A stretch of DNA of 64,000 nucleotides, taken from the NCBI GenBank assembly GCA_963704725.1, contig OY969934.1:1280001-1344000 (forward strand), written 5' to 3'. Positions 39,746-50,452 of the stretch are shown piece by piece. The translations under genes were made by a program, and so were the position numbers. The notes under the pieces are model-generated. The model saw nothing but the letters and a program-made list of their open reading frames with translations. It searched no databases and had not been told where the DNA came from. This DNA is from an uncultured Actinomycetes bacterium. Lineage in GTDB: Bacteria > Actinomycetota > UBA4738 > HRBIN12. Each line of letters begins with the position of its first letter. Within the stretch, counting starts at the first letter, position 1.

Positions 39746-42246
39746 CGCCCTCGCGGCCGCTCGAGGACGCATTCGTCCGGGAGCTTGTCGTCGCGCAGGC
39801 CCTTGAAGCTCGGGGCGCGCATCTTGTGGGTGCTCTTCGTGAGCTCGAGGTACTCGACCTCCGCGACGAGCTGCGGCTCGACGAAGGTGGCGCCCTTGAC
39901 CTTGCCGAGCTCCGGGTCGTCGCCGGCCGGGGTCTTCCGGACGAGCGGCTGGAGCGCGGCCATCAGCCGGTCGAGCGTCTGGTGCGTGAAGCCGGTCCCG
40001 ACCTGACCGACCCACAGCAGCTTGCCGTCGTCGTACGCGCCGACGAGGAGCGCACCGAAGGACCCCGACCGGCCGCCCTGGCCCGGGGTCCATCCGAGCA
40101 CCACGCAGTCCAGCGTGTTCGTGAGCTTGATCTTGCGCCAGTCGGGGGAGCGTCGGCCTGGCTGGTACCGCGATCCCTTCCGCTTGGCCACCACGCCCTC
40201 CAGGCCGAGGTCGCGGGCCACGCCGGCGAAGCGCTTGCCGTCGTGCTCCACGTGCGTGACGAGCTGGAGGCGCTCGTCGGTCTCGACCACGGCCAGGAGG
40301 AGCTCGCGGCGGTCCTCGAGGGGGAGGTCGACGAGGGGGCGTCCGTCGAGCCACAGGAGGTCGAAGGCGACGAGCGCCACGGGGATCTTGGCCGAGGCCC
40401 GCTTGATCTCCCGCTCGTTCGCCAGGTTCATCCGCTGCTGGAGGGCCTCGAACGAATTCCTGCCGTCGTCGTCGAACGCCACGATCTCCGCGTCCACGAC
40501 GGCGTTCACCTGATCGACCAGCTCGTGGATCATGTGGAGCTCCGGGTACTGGTAGGTGACGTCGCGCCCCCGGCGGGTCATCAGACGCGTGAGGTCGGTC
40601 GACAGGTACGTGGTCGAGCGGATCCCGTCGAACTTCGGCTCGAACCACCACTTCGCGTCGTCGAACGCCTTCCACCCGCCCTCCGCGAGCATCGGCTGGA
40701 TCGTCGGCGGCACGTCGATCAGCGGTGCCTCCTGGTGCGAGGCCAGGAACGCGAGCCAGTCGGTCCGGGTCTTCACGAAGTGGAACTCGAGCCCCGGGTA
40801 GCGCCGGCCGTGGAGCCGGAAGCTCACCTTCTTCTCGGTCCACTCGATCGGCTCGTACCAGCCGTCGTCGAAGATGCGGACCTCGCCGGCGCCGTAGTGG
40901 CCCTTCGGGATCGTGCCGCTGAAGCTGCCGTACTCGAGGGGGTGGTCCTCGGTGCGGACGGCCAGCCGTTTGTCGCGGTGTTGGACGGGGAGCCCGCGAG
41001 GGACCGCCCAGGAGGGGAGCGCCGCGTCGCGCTCGAGGCGGACGTCGTAATGCAGGCGGGTGGCGCGGTGCTTGTGGATCACGAAGGAGTTGCCCTGTCC
41101 CTCGGCGCCGCCGGGCGGTGGCTCCGTGGTCCCCTCCGGACCGAACGTGCGCTTGCGCAGGTACTCGCCGAGCTTCGGGTCCTTGGAGGCGGCGATCACC
41201 TCTTTGGAGGTCCGGGTGCGCTCCGGCTTCGAGGGCGCCGCGAAGGCCCTCGCGCTCGGGAGGCCGACCGCCTCGAGCGCCTGGGTCAGGTCCTGGGGCT
41301 CGGTCCGAACGCCCTCGAACAGGTCGCCGAGGCGGTCGAACCGCCCCCACACGTTCTCGATGCGGAAGTCCTGCGGCGTGAGCCCCGCCTCGACCTCGTC
41401 CCACCGCAGCGGCGTCGAGAGCGTGGCCCGGGCCTCGGGGCGCAGGGAGTAGGCCGCCGAGATGTTCGCTCCCGGGCGGTTCATGTTGTGGTCGATGAAC
41501 ACCTTGCCGGTGCGCTTGCTGATCTGCCAGGCCATCGTCACGCGGTCGCGATCGGCTCGCTCGATCATCCGTCCCACCGCGCCGACGAAGTCCCGGACCT
41601 GGTCGTAGGAGTAGCCGGGCACCACCGGCACGTAGATCTGCACGCCGGTCGCGCCGCTCGTCTTCGGGTACGTCACCAGGCCGAGCGCGTCGAGCGCCGC
41701 CTTCACGTGGATCGAGACCGCGAGCACGTCCTCGAAGCTCGCTCCCATGGGGTCGAGGTCGAAGAACAGGTAGTCGGGCTCCTGGAGGGAGGCGCAGCGG
41801 GAGTGGAGCGGGTGCATCTCGATGCAGCCGAGGTTCGCCACGTACAGCAGGGTCGAGAGGTCCTGCACCATCAGGTAGCCGATCACGCCGGTCTTCGCGT
41901 CGTCGCTCTCGACGTGGCAGCGCTCCACCCAGTCCGGGGTGTGGGAAGGCGCCGTCTTCTCGTAGAAGAAGCCCTCGCCGATGCCGTCGGGCATCCGCTT
42001 CATCGTGAGCGGCCGGTCGCGCAGGTACGGCAGGATCAGGTCGGCGACGTTGAAGTAGTAGGCGATGAGGTCACCCTTCGTGTAGCCCTCGTCGGGCCAG
42101 AACACCTTGTCCAGGTTCGACAGGCGGAGCTCGCGCCCGTCCGCCTCCATCCACCAGGCGTCGCCTCGCCGCTCGGCCTCGAGCGGTCGCGGGAACTCGA
42201 CCGTGAACGCGGGTCCCCCCGAGCGCCTCTGTCTCCTCGCCGGCAT
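39742..42246 (-). CDS. ligD: NHEJ DNA ligase D (polymerase - phosphoesterase - ligase)
   Basis: SNLDKVFWP, FDLDP and KTSG (POL); HRATRLHYDVRLE, SWAVPRG and EDHPLEY (PE); EPKFDG, EGVVAK and MRAPSF (LIG). Confidence 0.96.
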   Translation of the reverse strand: MPARRQRRSGGPAFTVEFPRPLEAERRGDAWWMEADGRELRLSNLDKVFWPDEGYTKGDLIAYYFNVADLILPYLRDRPLTMKRMPDGIGEGFFYEKTAPSHTPDWVERCHVESDDAKTGVIGYLMVQDLSTLLYVANLGCIEMHPLHSRCASLQEPDYLFFDLDPMGASFEDVLAVSIHVKAALDALGLVTYPKTSGATGVQIYVPVVPGYSYDQVRDFVGAVGRMIERADRDRVTMAWQISKRTGKVFIDHNMNRPGANISAAYSLRPEARATLSTPLRWDEVEAGLTPQDFRIENVWGRFDRLGDLFEGVRTEPQDLTQALEAVGLPSARAFAAPSKPERTRTSKEVIAASKDPKLGEYLRKRTFGPEGTTEPPPGGAEGQGNSFVIHKHRATRLHYDVRLERDAALPSWAVPRGLPVQHRDKRLAVRTEDHPLEYGSFSGTIPKGHYGAGEVRIFDDGWYEPIEWTEKKVSFRLHGRRYPGLEFHFVKTRTDWLAFLASHQEAPLIDVPPTIQPMLAEGGWKAFDDAKWWFEPKFDGIRSTTYLSTDLTRLMTRRGRDVTYQYPELHMIHELVDQVNAVVDAEIVAFDDDGRNSFEALQQRMNLANEREIKRASAKIPVALVAFDLLWLDGRPLVDLPLEDRRELLLAVVETDERLQLVTHVEHDGKRFAGVARDLGLEGVVAKRKGSRYQPGRRSPDWRKIKLTNTLDCVVLGWTPGQGGRSGSFGALLVGAYDDGKLLWVGQVGTGFTHQTLDRLMAALQPLVRKTPAGDDPELGKVKGATFVEPQLVAEVEYLELTKSTHKMRAPSFKGLRDDKLPDECVLERPRGR

Positions 42247-42410
42247 GCCGAGGAATGGTAGTGGCACGGCTGAGGAGCCCAGGGGCGGGACCGTGGGCCC
42301 CTGAGCGTTGCCCGGGGGGGCTCCGGGTATGTCTCCCGGGACGGCTACAATCCTGCCTCCCTGGTATCGGGCCTGGCCAGCGGGCGCGACCTCGACCGAA
42401 GGAGAACGCC

Positions 42411-43307
42411 ATGCCGCCGAGAGCGATGTGGAAGGGAGCCATCTCGTTCGGCCTCGTGACGATCCCCGTCGCCGTCTACCCGGCGACGGAGGAGAAGGGG
42501 CTGAAGTTCAACCAGCTCCACGACGAGGACATGGGCCGGATCCGCTACAAGCGGGTCTGCTCGGTCGACGGCGAGGAGGTCGACTACGAGCACATCGTGA
42601 AGGGATATGAGATCGAGAAGGACCGCTACGTCGTGCTCACGGACGAAGACCTCGACGCCGTGCCGGTCGAGTCCTCCCGGGCCATCGACATCCAGCAGTT
42701 CGTCGACCTGGACGAGATCGACCCGATGCTGTTCAAGAAGTCCTACTACCTGGTGCCCGAGGAGACGGGGGCACGCGCGTACGCGCTCCTGCGCAAGGCG
42801 CTGGCCGAGGAGAGCAAGGTCGGCATCGCCAAGGTGAGCTTCCGCGACAAGGAGCACCTGGCGGCGCTGCGGTTCAAGGACCAGGTCTTCGTGCTCGAGA
42901 CCATGTTCTGGCCGGACGAGGTGCGCGCGGCCGAGTTCGACACGGTCGACGCCGACGAGAAGATCCGCTCGAATGAGATCGACATGGCCAAGGCTCTGAT
43001 CGAGAACCTCTCGGAGCCCTGGAACCCGGAGGCGTTCCGGGACGAGTACCGCGAGGCGCTCCTCGAGATCGTCGAGAAGAAGGTGGCCGGTGAGCCGATC
43101 GAGGCGCCCACGGAGGCCGCACCGGCCCGCGTGGTCGATCTCATGGAGGCGCTGAAGGCCTCGGTCGAGGCGGCGAAGAAGAAGACGCCGTCGGCCGGGG
43201 GAGGGGCCGCCCGTCGGACGCCGAAGAAGACGACCGCCAAGCGCTCGACCGCCAAGACGGCGGCGAAGAAGGCGCCGGCGCCCCGCAAGCGGGCCGCCGC
43301 AGGGTGA
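42411..43307 (+). CDS. ku: NHEJ Ku protein with basic C-terminal tail
   Basis: WKGAISFGLV, IVKGYE, FRDEY, VVDLMEALKASV, Lys/Ala-rich tail. Confidence 0.96.
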   Translation: MPPRAMWKGAISFGLVTIPVAVYPATEEKGLKFNQLHDEDMGRIRYKRVCSVDGEEVDYEHIVKGYEIEKDRYVVLTDEDLDAVPVESSRAIDIQQFVDLDEIDPMLFKKSYYLVPEETGARAYALLRKALAEESKVGIAKVSFRDKEHLAALRFKDQVFVLETMFWPDEVRAAEFDTVDADEKIRSNEIDMAKALIENLSEPWNPEAFRDEYREALLEIVEKKVAGEPIEAPTEAAPARVVDLMEALKASVEAAKKKTPSAGGGAARRTPKKTTAKRSTAKTAAKKAPAPRKRAAAG

Positions 43308-44227
43308 GGCTTCCCGCCGGCTACGCCTCGCGCCCGGCCGGCTGGGACGATCTCGACGCGATCGTCGCGCTGTCCAAGGCGTGCGATCTCGTCGACGCCG
43401 GCGTGGAGGATCCCGTCCGCGAGCACATCGAGGACGACTGGCGCGTGCCGGGGGTCGACCTCGAGCGTCAGACGTCGCTCGTCCTCGCGCGAGACGGCTC
43501 GGTCGCCGCGTATGCGAACGTCTTCGGGCTGAATCCGCATCTGTCGGTCGAGGCGTGGGTGCGGGTCCATCCGGCCCATCGCGGCCGGGGGATCGGCGGG
43601 TCGGCGATCGACTGGACCCAGGAGCGGGCGCGGGAGCTCGTGCCGGCCGGAGCGGCCTCGAAGCTCTACAACTCCGTGCCCTCGACGGACGAGGCCGCGC
43701 GGCGGCTCCTGGCGGATCGGGACTACCGGCAGGTGCGGATCTTCTGGCACATGGAGCGTGAGCTCTCGGGGACGATCGAGCCCGCCCGTCCGCCCGAGGG
43801 GATCGAGCTGCGCACGTACCGGCACGAGGAGGACGCCGACGCCTACTTCGACGCGATCGAGGAGGCGTTCGCGGACCACTGGGGGTTCGAGCCGTATCCC
43901 CGCGAGGTCCACATGGACGAGATCCTCCGGTACGACCGGGACCTCCTCTGGCTCGCGCTCGACGGGGTCGAGATCGCCGGTGGGCTGATGGCCAAGACCG
44001 TCGAAGGGCGGGGGTGGGTGGACATGGTGGCGGTGCGACGCCCGTGGCGGGGCCGGGGGATCGCGCGATCGATGCTGCTCACCTCGTTCGCGGCGCTCGC
44101 CGGCCGGGGACTGGGCTCCGTGGCCCTCAACGTGGACTCGGAGAGCCGGACGGGGGCGACCCGCCTGTACGAGTCGGTCGGCATGCACGTGCGGCGGGCC
44201 TGGGACCTGTTCGAGCGGCCCCTGTAG
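43304..44227 (+). CDS. Tandem GNAT acetyltransferase (MshD-like architecture)
   Basis: Two motif-A sites (VHPAHRGRGIG, VRRPWRGRGIA), AFADHWG, TGATRLYESVG. Confidence 0.85.
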   Translation: MRLPAGYASRPAGWDDLDAIVALSKACDLVDAGVEDPVREHIEDDWRVPGVDLERQTSLVLARDGSVAAYANVFGLNPHLSVEAWVRVHPAHRGRGIGGSAIDWTQERARELVPAGAASKLYNSVPSTDEAARRLLADRDYRQVRIFWHMERELSGTIEPARPPEGIELRTYRHEEDADAYFDAIEEAFADHWGFEPYPREVHMDEILRYDRDLLWLALDGVEIAGGLMAKTVEGRGWVDMVAVRRPWRGRGIARSMLLTSFAALAGRGLGSVALNVDSESRTGATRLYESVGMHVRRAWDLFERPL

Positions 44228-44242
44228 GCGGACGTAAGCTAG

Positions 44243-44608
<366 letters not shown>

Positions 44609-44613
44609 CCCCC

Positions 44614-47097
44614 ATGCGAGATCCGGCCGAACGCCCGGCCCCCGTCGTCCGGCTCACCGAGGAGCTCCGCGCGCTCGAACGGGCCTATTCGCCCGGGCAT
44701 CAGGGGAGGTGGTCGGCCCGGCGCCGGTCCGAGCTCGTCGACGCGTGCCTGGTGGAGCTGTACGAGAGCGCCGAACCCCCGGGCGGGGTGGCTCTGGTGG
44801 CGCTGGGCGGGTACGGGCGCGGGCGGCTCTCCCCGCTGTCCGACGTCGACCTGCTGATCGTCCACGAGCGTCCCGGGGACGAGCACGTGGCCGAAGTGGC
44901 GCAGCGCGTGCTGTATCCGCTGTGGGACGCCGGCCTTCGCGTCGGGCACGGCGTCCGCACGCCCGACGAGTGCGAGCGGCTCGCGGCCGAGCGCCTCGAC
45001 GCTCGCACGGCGATGCTCGACGGCCGTGCCATCGCCGGCGACGCCATCCCGTGGGTCGATGCGCTCAGCCGGGTCGCCGCGTCCGTGCGGGCGGACCCCC
45101 GCGCGTTCGCCGAGGCCTTGCGGGAGGACGCCGAGGCCCGCCGGCAGCGTCACGGCTCGGTCTCCTGCCTCCTCGAACCCGACCTGAAGGAGGGGGCCGG
45201 AGGGCTGAGGGACGTCCAGCTCGTCCGGTGGCTGGAGTCGGCCGTGGGGGAGCCGCTCGAGGAGCGGGGTCTCCTGCGAGCGGCGGAGCGAGAGGACGTC
45301 GACGAGGCCGACGAGTTCCTCGAGCGGGTGCGCGGCGCGCTCCACCTGGCGACCGGACGGCCGGCCGATCGCCTCGTCCTCGAGCAGCAACCCCAGATCG
45401 CTCGCGACCTCGGCTTCTCGGACGAGCCGGGCCTCATGGCCGTGGACGGGCTGATGCGATCCGTGTTCGAGCGGGCCAGGTCGGTGGAGCACGCCACCCG
45501 CTCGATGCTCGACCGATGCCTGCGGGGGACGACCGCGGCGATCGAGGTCGAGCCCACGCCCGAGGGTGTCCTGCGCGCGTTCCTCTCGGTGGCCCGCGAC
45601 GGCGGGGTGATGCCGGCGGCGATGCTCGACGCCGTGGCGGCGGCGCCGGTCGCGGATCCGGTGATGTGGACCGACGGGGTGCGCGAGGCGTTCCTCGAGC
45701 TCCTAGCGGCGGGGGCCGAGGGCGTCCGCTCGCTGGACGCCCTCGACCGCATCGGGTTGCTCGGGAGGTACCTCCCTGCCTGGTCGGCCGTGCGGTGCCG
45801 GCCCCAGCGCGATCCCTACCACCGGTTCCCGGTCGACGTGCATCTGCTGGCCGCCCTCGAGTCCGTCTCGGAGCTCCTGGACCGCCCCGCCGCGGATCCC
45901 CTCGTCGGGGCGGCGATCCACGCGGTCGGCGACGTGGACGCCCTGCGCCTCGGGGCGCTGCTGCACGACATCGGCAAGACCGGAACCCCCGGCCACGTGG
46001 CGCAGGGGGCCGGGATCGCCGGCGAGGTGCTGGGAGCGATGGGGCTCCCGGACGCGACGAGGGAGCTCGCCGCGTTCCTGGTGCGGGAGCATCTCCTGCT
46101 CGCCGACGTGGCGACCCGTCGAGATCTCGAGGCGGAGGAGCTCGTCCACGACGTCGCCGCCCGTATCGGCGACCCCGAGCGCCTCGCGGCCCTGTACCTG
46201 CTCACGATCGCCGACGCCGCCGCCACGGGCCCGCTCGCGTGGACGCCGTGGCGAGCCACGCTCGTCCGAGAGCTCGTGGCCAAGGTCCAGCACGTGCTGG
46301 AGCGCGGCGAGGTCGGGGCCGACACCGCCTCCCGGCTGACCGAGCGCGCCGACGCGATCCGGGCCGCGCTCCCCGTCGAGGACCCCGAGGCCGTCGAGCG
46401 GTTCTTCCTGCGCATGCCCCGCGGATACCTGCTCGGCCAGCCCGTCGAGCAGATCGCGTCGCAGTACCCCCTCGTCGCGCCGAGGCTTGCCGCGCAGGAG
46501 GTCCGGACCCACGTCGCCTCCGGCACCCGCCCGGCCACCTACGCCTTGACCGTGGTCGTCGCCGACCGGCACGGGCTGCTCTCGATGATCGCCGGCGCGC
46601 TCTCGCTGGCGGGGCTCTCGATCCTCACCGCGCAGGCGTTCACCACCGACGACGGCGTCGCGGTCGACGTCTTCGAGGTCGAGGGCGCGTTCGCGGAGGA
46701 GGTGGAGGAGGAGCGGTGGAGGGAGTTCCGCCGCACGCTCCGGCGGGCCATCGAGGGCCGGCTCTCGCTGCCGTACCGGGTCGAGGAGAAGCGGCGCCGC
46801 TACCCGGCGCCCCGCGGTGACGTCTCGGTTCGCGCGGTCGTCGACAACGACGTGTCGGACTTCTTCACGGTGATCGAGGTGGGCGCGCCCGACCGGATCG
46901 GGCTGCTGTTCGACATCACGCGGACCCTCGCCGAGCTCCAGCTCGACGTGCACCTGGCGAAGGTGGCCACGTACGGCGGCCGGGTCGTCGACGCGTTCTA
47001 CGTGCGGGACGAGCTCGGCCGCAAGGTCGACGATCCGGAGCGGATCGCCGAGCTCGAGCGCGCGCTCCGGGCCCGCGTGGAGGGGCCCGCGGCCTAG
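44614..47097 (+). CDS. glnD: [Protein-PII] nucleotidyltransferase
   Basis: ALGGYGR..LSPLSDVD, EPDLKEGAGGLRD, HD domain (LLHDIGK), two ACT domains. Confidence 0.95.
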   Translation: MRDPAERPAPVVRLTEELRALERAYSPGHQGRWSARRRSELVDACLVELYESAEPPGGVALVALGGYGRGRLSPLSDVDLLIVHERPGDEHVAEVAQRVLYPLWDAGLRVGHGVRTPDECERLAAERLDARTAMLDGRAIAGDAIPWVDALSRVAASVRADPRAFAEALREDAEARRQRHGSVSCLLEPDLKEGAGGLRDVQLVRWLESAVGEPLEERGLLRAAEREDVDEADEFLERVRGALHLATGRPADRLVLEQQPQIARDLGFSDEPGLMAVDGLMRSVFERARSVEHATRSMLDRCLRGTTAAIEVEPTPEGVLRAFLSVARDGGVMPAAMLDAVAAAPVADPVMWTDGVREAFLELLAAGAEGVRSLDALDRIGLLGRYLPAWSAVRCRPQRDPYHRFPVDVHLLAALESVSELLDRPAADPLVGAAIHAVGDVDALRLGALLHDIGKTGTPGHVAQGAGIAGEVLGAMGLPDATRELAAFLVREHLLLADVATRRDLEAEELVHDVAARIGDPERLAALYLLTIADAAATGPLAWTPWRATLVRELVAKVQHVLERGEVGADTASRLTERADAIRAALPVEDPEAVERFFLRMPRGYLLGQPVEQIASQYPLVAPRLAAQEVRTHVASGTRPATYALTVVVADRHGLLSMIAGALSLAGLSILTAQAFTTDDGVAVDVFEVEGAFAEEVEEERWREFRRTLRRAIEGRLSLPYRVEEKRRRYPAPRGDVSVRAVVDNDVSDFFTVIEVGAPDRIGLLFDITRTLAELQLDVHLAKVATYGGRVVDAFYVRDELGRKVDDPERIAELERALRARVEGPAA

Positions 47098-47124
47098 GAC
47101 CCCGCGGGGTCCCTCCTCACGCCG

Positions 47125-47156
47125 GCCGTCGCGACCCCGGCGGGGGTCGCGACGGC
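47125..47156. terminator. 14-bp hairpin between convergent genes (probably bidirectional terminator)
   Basis: gccgtcgcgacccc-ggcg-ggggtcgcgacggc. Confidence 0.75.
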
Positions 47157-47177
47157 GGCGTGCGGCGAACGCGATCC

Positions 47178-48893
47178 CTACGGGATCTGCGTGGTGAAGA
47201 TGAACTGGAAGTACTGCGGCGGGTTCCCCGCCCTCGGCCACGGCCTTCGCATGTCCGTCCACGCCACGTGCGCGGCTCCGTCCGGTCCGTAGGCCAGCCG
47301 GTTGTAGTCACCCATGAACGTGGCGCACGCGAAGCAGCCGGCCACCTTGGACTTGAAGAAGACGGACCGGGTGGGATCGGACGGCGCGCTCGACACCTGG
47401 GCGATGGTGAAGGCTCCGGGGAGCCCGGTGGCGACGGCGGTGTTGTACAGCGCCGGGTCCGCGTCGTTCCGGGTCTGGTACACGATCCCGAGCCGGCCCG
47501 TCGTCGGGTCGAAGTCCACCCACGGGAACCACTGGTCGCCCGGGCCGGCGTCGACGGCCGAGGGTGTGCTCCAGGTGGCGCCGCCGTCGATGGAGCTCGT
47601 GATGAACACGTCCGTGTTCGTCACGGGCAGGTCCGGGTCGCTCGTCCCGTTCCGGTTGTCCGACCACACGAGGTACAGCGTGCCGGCGGGACCGGCGACG
47701 AGGTTGCCGGCGGAGTTCACGCGCACCTGGTACCCGGTGAGCGTCTGCCGCTCGTTCCCGTTGAGCGGGTAGTTCGTCGGGCCGTCCTCGAGCGTCGCGG
47801 CGATGACCGGGGCGGACCACGTCACGCCGCCGTCCGTGGAGCGGACGACGAGGTACTGGTTGTCGTGGATCTTCTGATCGTTGCCGAACTCCTCGCCCGG
47901 CTCCTGGAGGGTGGAGTTCTGCTCGTTCTCGAACGCGACGTACACCGTGCCGTCCGTCCCGACGGTCGGCACCGAGAACTGGTTCTCGTCGCACTCGCCG
48001 GCGGGACCGTCGTACTGGATGTCGCAGAACGATCCGGATCCGTCGATCTCCTGCGGAGCGCTCCACGTGACGCCCCCGTCGTCGCTGTGGGCCTCGAAGA
48101 TCGGCGACTCGGCGTACTCCGCGGTGTGGCTGAGGAAGCGCGACCACGTCACGTAGGTCCGTCCGTAGAACGGCGAGGCCGGGTTGGTGTCGACGACGAT
48201 CCACTCCTTGTCGTTGAAGTACTGCGTGGGGTCCTCGTCGTCCCCCTGCCCGTCCGAGATCACGACGGGGCGACCCCACGTCAGGCCGCCGTCGTGCGAG
48301 ATCGAGACGACGAGATCCCCGTCCCTGGCCAGGCCCTGCTTCGTGATGATGAAGTTGAGCGAGGCGTGGATCACGTTGCCGGTCCTCGGCTCGAACACCG
48401 TCACCGGGTCGCTGCCGGTCCGGTGCGTATCCTCCGCCGACATGTTGCCCACCGCCCACGTCTGGCCGCCGTCGAAGGTCGTGTAGAAGGCGTCGCAGCA
48501 CGAGTCGTAGTCGTTGGAGCTCGCGACGATGTGCTGCGGATCCAGCGGGTCCACCTCGACGTCCGGCTCGTTGTTCGGCAGGACGCTGTCGCAGTCGAGG
48601 CGGGAGTCCGGCCTGGTGGTCGAGGCGGTGGCGGTGCACTCGACGAGCGAGTGGAGGTACGCGGCACCGGCCGGTGCGACCGAACGCCCTCTCGCCCACG
48701 CCTTCAGCTCCCGGGGCGTGAGCCCGCCGAGGCGGGCGAGGCCCGCACCGCGCGAGGGAGCGGCGAAGTGGGCGGTCGAACGCCCGACCTCCACCGTCCG
48801 TCTGGAGGACGCCGTACCTCCCGCGCCGGCGGACACGGCCGGCACGAGCAGCACGACCGCGACGCCGATCGTGCCGATCCAGCGTGTTCTCAT
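47178..48893 (-). CDS. Secreted BNR/Asp-box beta-propeller protein (sialidase-like)
   Basis: Signal peptide; five SxDGGxTW-type repeats; NEP, DKEW, DQWFPW, FMGDY. Confidence 0.85.
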   Translation of the reverse strand: MRTRWIGTIGVAVVLLVPAVSAGAGGTASSRRTVEVGRSTAHFAAPSRGAGLARLGGLTPRELKAWARGRSVAPAGAAYLHSLVECTATASTTRPDSRLDCDSVLPNNEPDVEVDPLDPQHIVASSNDYDSCCDAFYTTFDGGQTWAVGNMSAEDTHRTGSDPVTVFEPRTGNVIHASLNFIITKQGLARDGDLVVSISHDGGLTWGRPVVISDGQGDDEDPTQYFNDKEWIVVDTNPASPFYGRTYVTWSRFLSHTAEYAESPIFEAHSDDGGVTWSAPQEIDGSGSFCDIQYDGPAGECDENQFSVPTVGTDGTVYVAFENEQNSTLQEPGEEFGNDQKIHDNQYLVVRSTDGGVTWSAPVIAATLEDGPTNYPLNGNERQTLTGYQVRVNSAGNLVAGPAGTLYLVWSDNRNGTSDPDLPVTNTDVFITSSIDGGATWSTPSAVDAGPGDQWFPWVDFDPTTGRLGIVYQTRNDADPALYNTAVATGLPGAFTIAQVSSAPSDPTRSVFFKSKVAGCFACATFMGDYNRLAYGPDGAAHVAWTDMRRPWPRAGNPPQYFQFIFTTQIP

Positions 48894-49043
48894 CGCTTCC
48901 CCCCCGTCCCTTGGGTATCCGGCGGGGCTGTTGCCCGGCCGGAACTGTGCGAACGATGCCCCGAGTCGCCCTTGCGCGCAACTCGGCCCCTCACCCGCCG
49001 CATCGTTGTACGGAAGGGCGTGCGCCGCGGGACGGGGAACGAT

Positions 49044-49760
49044 TCAGGAGCCGTCGACGGCGGCGCGGAGGCGATCGGCCATGCGCGTGCTCGCGCCCTC
49101 GTCCTCGTGCTTGAGGTAGCAGTAGATGTCGCCGCCCGCCTCGAGGCAGGGGCGGATCCGTTCGGCCCAGGCTCCGAGCTCCTCGTCGGAGTACTCGGTC
49201 TTGCGCAGCCGGAGGTACCCGAACGGCTCCCACGACAGGTCGTCGGGACCGGGGTCCTTCTCGTCGGTCTCGGCCACGCACCACGCGACGCCCTGCTCGA
49301 GCAGGAGGTCGCGAGCCTCCACCCACGACGGGTGGCGGAACTCCATCGCCGTGCGCGGCTGCGGCGGCAGGTACCCGACGAAGGCCTCGATCAGGGCGCG
49401 GTCGTACTGCAGGGTCGGCGGACATTGGTACAGCACCGTGCCGAGCCGGTCGCCGAGGATCTTCGCCAGGTCGAGGAAGGCGCGGACGTCCTCGTCCACG
49501 TCGGCCAGGCGCTTCCAGTGGGTGATCCGCTGGTTGGCCTTCAGGGTGAAGCGGAACGACTCCGGCGTCTGATCCCGCCAGGTGGTCAGGGACTTCTCCG
49601 TGGGGTAGCGGCGGAACGTGTAGTTGATCTCGACCGAGGGGAACCGGCTCGCGTAGTACGAGAGCATCTCCCGGCTCTTCAGGCCCTCGGGGTAGAAGAC
49701 GCCGTGCTTCCACTGATCGTACGCGAACCCCGAGGTCCCCACGTAGAGCGTTCCCGCCAT
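49044..49760 (-). CDS. DUF72 (YecE) family protein
   Basis: YVGTSGF, VEINYTF, KANQRITH, LYQCPP, EFRHPSW, YLRL. Confidence 0.92.
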   Translation of the reverse strand: MAGTLYVGTSGFAYDQWKHGVFYPEGLKSREMLSYYASRFPSVEINYTFRRYPTEKSLTTWRDQTPESFRFTLKANQRITHWKRLADVDEDVRAFLDLAKILGDRLGTVLYQCPPTLQYDRALIEAFVGYLPPQPRTAMEFRHPSWVEARDLLLEQGVAWCVAETDEKDPGPDDLSWEPFGYLRLRKTEYSDEELGAWAERIRPCLEAGGDIYCYLKHEDEGASTRMADRLRAAVDGS

Positions 49761-49777
49761 CTGCGAGGATTCTAGGC

Positions 49778-50452
49778 ATGGCGGCACCGGAGCAGCGCGG
49801 CGAGCTCGGCGAGAGCCGGAGCGCGGTCTCCGCGGTGTGGATCGCGCCGCCCGATGCGATCGCCTGGCTGGTCGTGGGCCACGGCGCCGGCGCGGGGATG
49901 GATCATCCGTTCCTGGCGGGGTTCTGCCGCGCCATGGCCGAGGAGGGCGTCGCCACGGCGCGGTTCAACTTCCACTACGCGAACGCGGGCCGGCGCTCGC
50001 CCGACGCCGAGCCGGCGCTCCGGGCGGCGTGGACGGAGGCGTTCGAGGGTGCGAGCGAGCTGGCCTCGGGGCTGCCCGTGCTCGCGGGGGGAAAGTCGCT
50101 CGGCGGGCGGATCGCCTCGATGTGCGTCGCCGACGGGATGGCGGCGGCCGGCCTGGTGTTCCTCGGCTACCCGCTGCATCCGCCCGGCAGGCCGGAGCGG
50201 ATCCGCGACGAGCACCTGTATCGGATCCGGGTGCCGATGCTGTTCCTGCACGGGACGAGGGATGCGTTCGCGCAGCCCGACCTGCTCGCGAAGGTCGTCG
50301 CCAAGCTCGGCGCGATGGCCGCGCTCGAGGAGATCGAGGGTGGCGACCACTCGTTCAACGTCCGCGGCCGCAGGGCCGACCCCGCCTCGGTCGGCGCGAG
50401 CCTCGCGGAGCTCGCGGCTCCGTTCGTCCGCGACGTCGCGGAGGGAGCCTGA
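49778..50452 (+). CDS. Alpha/beta hydrolase (KANL3/Abhydrolase_11-like)
   Basis: HGAGAGMDH, GGKSLGGR, GYPLHPPG, GTRD, GDHSF. Confidence 0.9.
   Translation: MAAPEQRGELGESRSAVSAVWIAPPDAIAWLVVGHGAGAGMDHPFLAGFCRAMAEEGVATARFNFHYANAGRRSPDAEPALRAAWTEAFEGASELASGLPVLAGGKSLGGRIASMCVADGMAAAGLVFLGYPLHPPGRPERIRDEHLYRIRVPMLFLHGTRDAFAQPDLLAKVVAKLGAMAALEEIEGGDHSFNVRGRRADPASVGASLAELAAPFVRDVAEGA

Noticed and set aside
38401-42261. 1286-aa plus-strand ORF and many other long overlapping ORFs in the track
   Set aside because: These are antisense or off-frame shadows of real genes (here ligD). They are Arg/Pro/Gly/Ala-rich, lack motifs, and are expected at this GC content.
43180-43307. Lys/Ala-rich low-complexity repeats at the end of ku
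   Set aside because: This is the well-known basic C-terminal tail of bacterial Ku, not a separate element.
37081-44227. Mycothiol pathway (PIG-L as MshB/Mca, tandem GNAT as MshD)
   Set aside because: Only family-level similarity; the genes are not adjacent and no mshA or mshC is present in the window.
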